Assembly: GCA_007127715.1 (NCBI GenBank)
Contig: SKYU01000040.1
Coordinates: 8,770 to 72,769, forward strand
Reading direction: 5' to 3'
DNA length: 64,000 nt
DNA from: Gammaproteobacteria bacterium
Lineage (GTDB): Bacteria; Pseudomonadota; Gammaproteobacteria; Steroidobacterales; PWYM01
The first letter of the stretch is position 1, and the number at the start of each line of letters is the position of its first letter. The notes beneath the pieces are model-generated. The model was not told where the DNA came from and searched no databases. It saw nothing but the letters and a program-made list of their open reading frames with translations. Position numbers and translations under genes: made by a program. This document shows positions 60,752-64,000 of this stretch, piece by piece.

Positions 60752-62619
60752 GCTGACGTCCCGTCCTCCGGCAGCGCGTCGCTGCCGCCATCCTGGAACT
60801 GCAGCCGGGCGAGGCGCGCGTACAGCGGGCTGCACTCGAGCAGTTCCGCGTGGGTACCCACCGCGTGGATGCGTCCCGCCTCCATCACCACGATCCGGTG
60901 GGCGCGCAGCACCGTGGCCAGCCGGTGGGCGATCACCAGGGTGGTGCGCTGCTCCATCAGCCGGGCCAGGGCCTGCTGGACCAGCCGCTCGCTCTCCGCG
61001 TCCAGCGCGCTGGTCGCCTCGTCGAGCAGCAGGATCGGAGGGTCCTTGAGAATGGCGCGGGCGATGGCGATCCGCTGGCGTTGTCCGCCGGAGAGCCGTG
61101 TGCCCCGCTCGCCAAGGAAGGTGTCGTAGCCCTCGGGCAGGGCGCGGATGAAATCATCGGCCGCGGCCGCGCGTGCGGCAGCTTCGACCTCGGCATCACT
61201 GGCCTCCGGACGGCCGAGGCGGATGTTTTCCCGGGCACTGGCCGCGAACAGCACCGTGTCCTGAGGCACCAGCGCGATGCGCTGGCGCAGCGCCTCGGGG
61301 TCGGCTTCGGCAAGGTCGACACCATCCACGGTGATCCGGCCCGCGGTGGGCTGGTAGAAGCGCAGCAGCAGCTGGAAGGCTGTGGTCTTGCCAGCGCCAG
61401 AGGGCCCGACGAAGGCGATGTTCTCGCCGGGTCGGATGTGCAGATCAAGGTCCCTGAGGGCCGGCGTATCCGGTCGCGAGGCGTAGCTGAAGCCCAGTCC
61501 CTCGAAGCGGATCTCACCACGGCTGGGTTCGGGCAGGGGGCGCGGATTCGTGGGCACGGGGATCAGGGGTTCGGCCTCGAGCAGTTCCTGCAGCCGCTCC
61601 ATGGCGCCGGCGGCTCGCTGCACCTCGCCCCAGGTCTCGCTCAAGCCCGCCGCGGCAATGGCGACGATCATGGCGTAGAGCAGGAACTGGCTCAGCTGTC
61701 CGCCGGTCATCTGGCCGGTGATGACGGCATGCGCGCCGAGCCAGAGCACCAGGGTAATGGCGCCGAACACCATCACGATGCCGGCGGCAGTGAGCGCAGC
61801 GCGCAGCCGCACGCGGCGGATGGCGGTGTCGAAGCTGAGCTCCACGGCGTCATGAAAACGCTGGCCCTGGAGTTTTTCAAGCGTGAACGCCTGCACGGTC
61901 TGGATGGCGTTCAGAGTCTCGCCGGCCAGTCCGCTGGAATCGGCCACGCGGTCCTGGGAGTCGCGCGAGAGTCGGCGCACGCGCCGGCCGATGATGATCA
62001 GCGGGGCGATCACCAGCGGTACCGTCAGTACGATGATGCCGGCGAGCCGCGGGCTGGTGAGGGTCAGCAGCACCAGCGCACCAAACAGGTTGATGGCCGA
62101 GCGCAGCGCGATCGACAGTGTCGAGCCGGTGATGGACTGCACCAGGGTGGTGTCGGTGGTCAGGCGCGAGAGCACCTCTCCGGTGCGGGTGATCTCGAAG
62201 AACCCCGGGTCCATTCGCAGCACCCGGCGGTAGACGGCATCGCGCATGTCGGCCACCACGCGCTCGCCCAGCCAGCTGACCAGATAGAAGCGCAGCGCCG
62301 AGAACCCGCCCAGCGCGACCGCCGCGAGCAGGAACAGCAGGAAGTAGCGGTTGATGGTTTCCGCGCTGCTGACGGCCAGGCCCTGGTCCACCAGGAACCG
62401 AAACGCAATCGGCAGCGACAGCATGGCCGCAGAGGCGGTGAGCAGCGCGGCCAGCGCGAACACCAGCGTCGCGCGGTAGGGCCGCAGATAGGGCACCAGG
62501 GCGCGCAGCGGGCGAAGCGAGCGCGCGCGGGGTCGATCGGCAGCGATGTCGGTCAAGCTCGGGTCCTGTAGACGGGTTCGGCAGGCGGGTCTGGAAGATG
62601 CGTTCGGACGATGGGGCAT
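60670..62619 (-). CDS. ABC exporter, fused transmembrane + ATP-binding domains (MsbA/ATM1-like)
   Basis: Trimmed to ATG 62617-62619. It has a six-TM N-half, Walker A (GPSGAGKTT), signature (LSGGQRQRIAIARA) and Walker B (ILLLDEATSALD). A low-complexity C-terminal tail overlaps the pbpG 3' end. Confidence 0.9.
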   Translation of the reverse strand: MPHRPNASSRPACRTRLQDPSLTDIAADRPRARSLRPLRALVPYLRPYRATLVFALAALLTASAAMLSLPIAFRFLVDQGLAVSSAETINRYFLLFLLAAVALGGFSALRFYLVSWLGERVVADMRDAVYRRVLRMDPGFFEITRTGEVLSRLTTDTTLVQSITGSTLSIALRSAINLFGALVLLTLTSPRLAGIIVLTVPLVIAPLIIIGRRVRRLSRDSQDRVADSSGLAGETLNAIQTVQAFTLEKLQGQRFHDAVELSFDTAIRRVRLRAALTAAGIVMVFGAITLVLWLGAHAVITGQMTGGQLSQFLLYAMIVAIAAAGLSETWGEVQRAAGAMERLQELLEAEPLIPVPTNPRPLPEPSRGEIRFEGLGFSYASRPDTPALRDLDLHIRPGENIAFVGPSGAGKTTAFQLLLRFYQPTAGRITVDGVDLAEADPEALRQRIALVPQDTVLFAASARENIRLGRPEASDAEVEAAARAAAADDFIRALPEGYDTFLGERGTRLSGGQRQRIAIARAILKDPPILLLDEATSALDAESERLVQQALARLMEQRTTLVIAHRLATVLRAHRIVVMEAGRIHAVGTHAELLECSPLYARLARLQFQDGGSDALPEDGTSAQQLESSPPDAPGSQTADASARRASRA

Positions 62620-62699
62620 TGTCGCGCAATTCCCCCGCAGGCACACGCCCGAGGGGCTTGCGTATACTCGCTGGCACGAAACCTGGCGGAGGAGTGGAT

Positions 62700-63704
62700 A
62701 TGCGCAGGATCCTGCAGGCAACGGCCGCAGCGGTGGCGGGCTGGCTGGGTACGGCCGGGCTCGCGCCCGGCGCGGTGGCCGGAGAGGCGCCGGAATGGGC
62801 CATCGTGGTGCACGGCGGTGCCGGCGCGGTCACCCCGGGCAGCTACACCCCGGAAGACGAGGCGGGCATGCGTGCGGATCTCGGTCTCGCGGTGGAGGCT
62901 GCCGTGCGGATCCTCTCCGAGGGCGGCAGCAGCCTGGATGCCGCCACCGAGGCGGTACGGATCCTCGAGGACTCTCCGCACTTCAATGCCGGCCGCGGCG
63001 CCGTATTCACCGCCGACGGTCGAAACGAGCTCGATGCCTCGATCATGGTGGGGCGCAGTGGTGCGGCCGGCGCGGTCGCCGGTGTCCAGGGCATCCGCAA
63101 TCCGATCCTGGCGGCGCGTGCGGTGATGGAGCGTTCGCCGCACGTCATGCTGGCTGGCCGGGGCGCCGAGGCGTTCGCCCGCGCCCAGGACCTGGAATTC
63201 ATGCCGCTGGAGTGGTTCCACACGGAGCGCCGCCGCCGCGCGCTCGAGGCGGCGCAGCAGCGCGCCGCACTGGGCGAATCCGTGCCGGCGCGCGGAACCG
63301 TCGGCGCCGTGGCCCTGGACATGCGCGGCGAACTCGCGGCGGCCACCTCGACCGGCGGGATGACCAACAAACGCTGGGGCCGGATCGGCGACTCGCCTGT
63401 CATCGGTGCCGGTACCTGGGCCGATGCACGCTGTGCCGTCTCCTCGACGGGCTGGGGCGAGTATTACATCCGCGCTGTGGCGGCCTACGACATCTGCGCA
63501 CGCGTCGCCTATCTCGGCGAGCCGCTGGATGTGGCCGCGAGCCATGTGGTGATGGAGCGCATCCCCGCGATGGGTGGCGATGGTGGGGTCATTGCCCTGT
63601 CGGCCGACGGTGCCATCAGCATGCCGTTCAATACGGAAGGCATGGCACGGGGCTATGCCCGCAGCGATGGGACGGTGAAGGTGGCACTGTTCGCCGATGA
63701 GTGA
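62700..63704 (+). CDS. iaaA: isoaspartyl peptidase / L-asparaginase (Ntn hydrolase)
   Basis: Trimmed to ATG 62700 with a signal-like N-terminus. Motifs are VVHGGAG, HFNAGRGAVF, the autoprocessing site GTVGAVALD and TSTGGMTNK. Confidence 0.9.
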   Translation: MRRILQATAAAVAGWLGTAGLAPGAVAGEAPEWAIVVHGGAGAVTPGSYTPEDEAGMRADLGLAVEAAVRILSEGGSSLDAATEAVRILEDSPHFNAGRGAVFTADGRNELDASIMVGRSGAAGAVAGVQGIRNPILAARAVMERSPHVMLAGRGAEAFARAQDLEFMPLEWFHTERRRRALEAAQQRAALGESVPARGTVGAVALDMRGELAAATSTGGMTNKRWGRIGDSPVIGAGTWADARCAVSSTGWGEYYIRAVAAYDICARVAYLGEPLDVAASHVVMERIPAMGGDGGVIALSADGAISMPFNTEGMARGYARSDGTVKVALFADE

Positions 63705-64000
63705 GTCGCTGCCAGAGCGGCTGCCCGATGGCCTGCCGGTGATCCACCGCGAGACCGTGCGTCCGGAGTGGATCGACTACAACGGCCACATGAACGTGGC
63801 CTACTTCGTGCTGGCCTTCGACTACGCGGTCGATGCGCTGTGGGCGAGTCTTGGCATCGATGACGCCTACCGCGAGCGGACCGGCTGCTCGACCTTCGCC
63901 GTGGAGTCACACGTGACCTACCAGCGTGAGATGAAGCTGGGTGAGGAGATGCTCTTCAGCGTGCAGCTGCTGGGCTACGACGAGAAGCGTATCCATCATT
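63697..64000 (+). CDS. hotdog-fold acyl-CoA thioesterase (4HBT/YbgC-like), 3' end outside window
   Basis: Not in the track because there is no stop in the window. Hand translation gives MSESLPERLPDGLPVIHRETVRPEWIDYNGHMNVAYFVLAFDYAVDALW..., where the D-x-N-x-H-x-N pattern is typical of the 4HBT family. The ATG overlaps the iaaA stop by 8 nt. Confidence 0.75.
   Translation, partial: MSESLPERLPDGLPVIHRETVRPEWIDYNGHMNVAYFVLAFDYAVDALWASLGIDDAYRERTGCSTFAVESHVTYQREMKLGEEMLFSVQLLGYDEKRIHH

Noticed and set aside
57819-62571. Long ORFs 57819-59786 (+), 58771-59988 (-) and 60850-62571 (+) crossing several real genes.
   Set aside because: Each spans two or more better-supported genes on the other strand or frame (ctlX-like, DCC, yihY-like, ABC exporter). 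Their composition is arginine/glycine/proline-rich.

Overview
GC-rich, gene-dense chromosomal segment with classic gammaproteobacterial core synteny. It carries the gltB tail and gltD, a TonB-dependent receptor locus, a yfhM-type alpha-2-macroglobulin with pbpC, msrA, and ftsYEX-rpoH with divergent rsmD. It continues with coaD...mutM...rpmGB-radC / coaBC-dut...pyrE, xthA-ampG, trmB, asmA...mutY-yggX, egtB-egtD, tRNA-Gly(CCC) and tRNA-Phe(GAA). I call about 63 protein-coding genes, 2 tRNAs and one decayed ZIP-transporter gene. Almost every base is accounted for by conventional genes. I found no CRISPR array, transposase, integrase, phage module or recognisable defence island, so I cannot point to a clear-cut novel system. 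The best candidates for something undescribed are modest. (1) Two exported SRPBCC-fold paralogs are translationally chained between asmA and mutY-yggX. (2) An NhaR-like LysR regulator with a perfect T-N11-A palindrome faces an operon of a methyltransferase with an unrecognised N-terminal domain plus a coupled 102-aa protein. (3) A three-gene operon encodes a secreted protein, a response regulator and a histidine kinase with a roughly 360-aa periplasmic sensor. All functions are inferred from motifs read by eye in the ORF track and sequence; no database search was possible. Many start codons are judgement calls. The many long antisense ORFs are treated as GC-driven artefacts.
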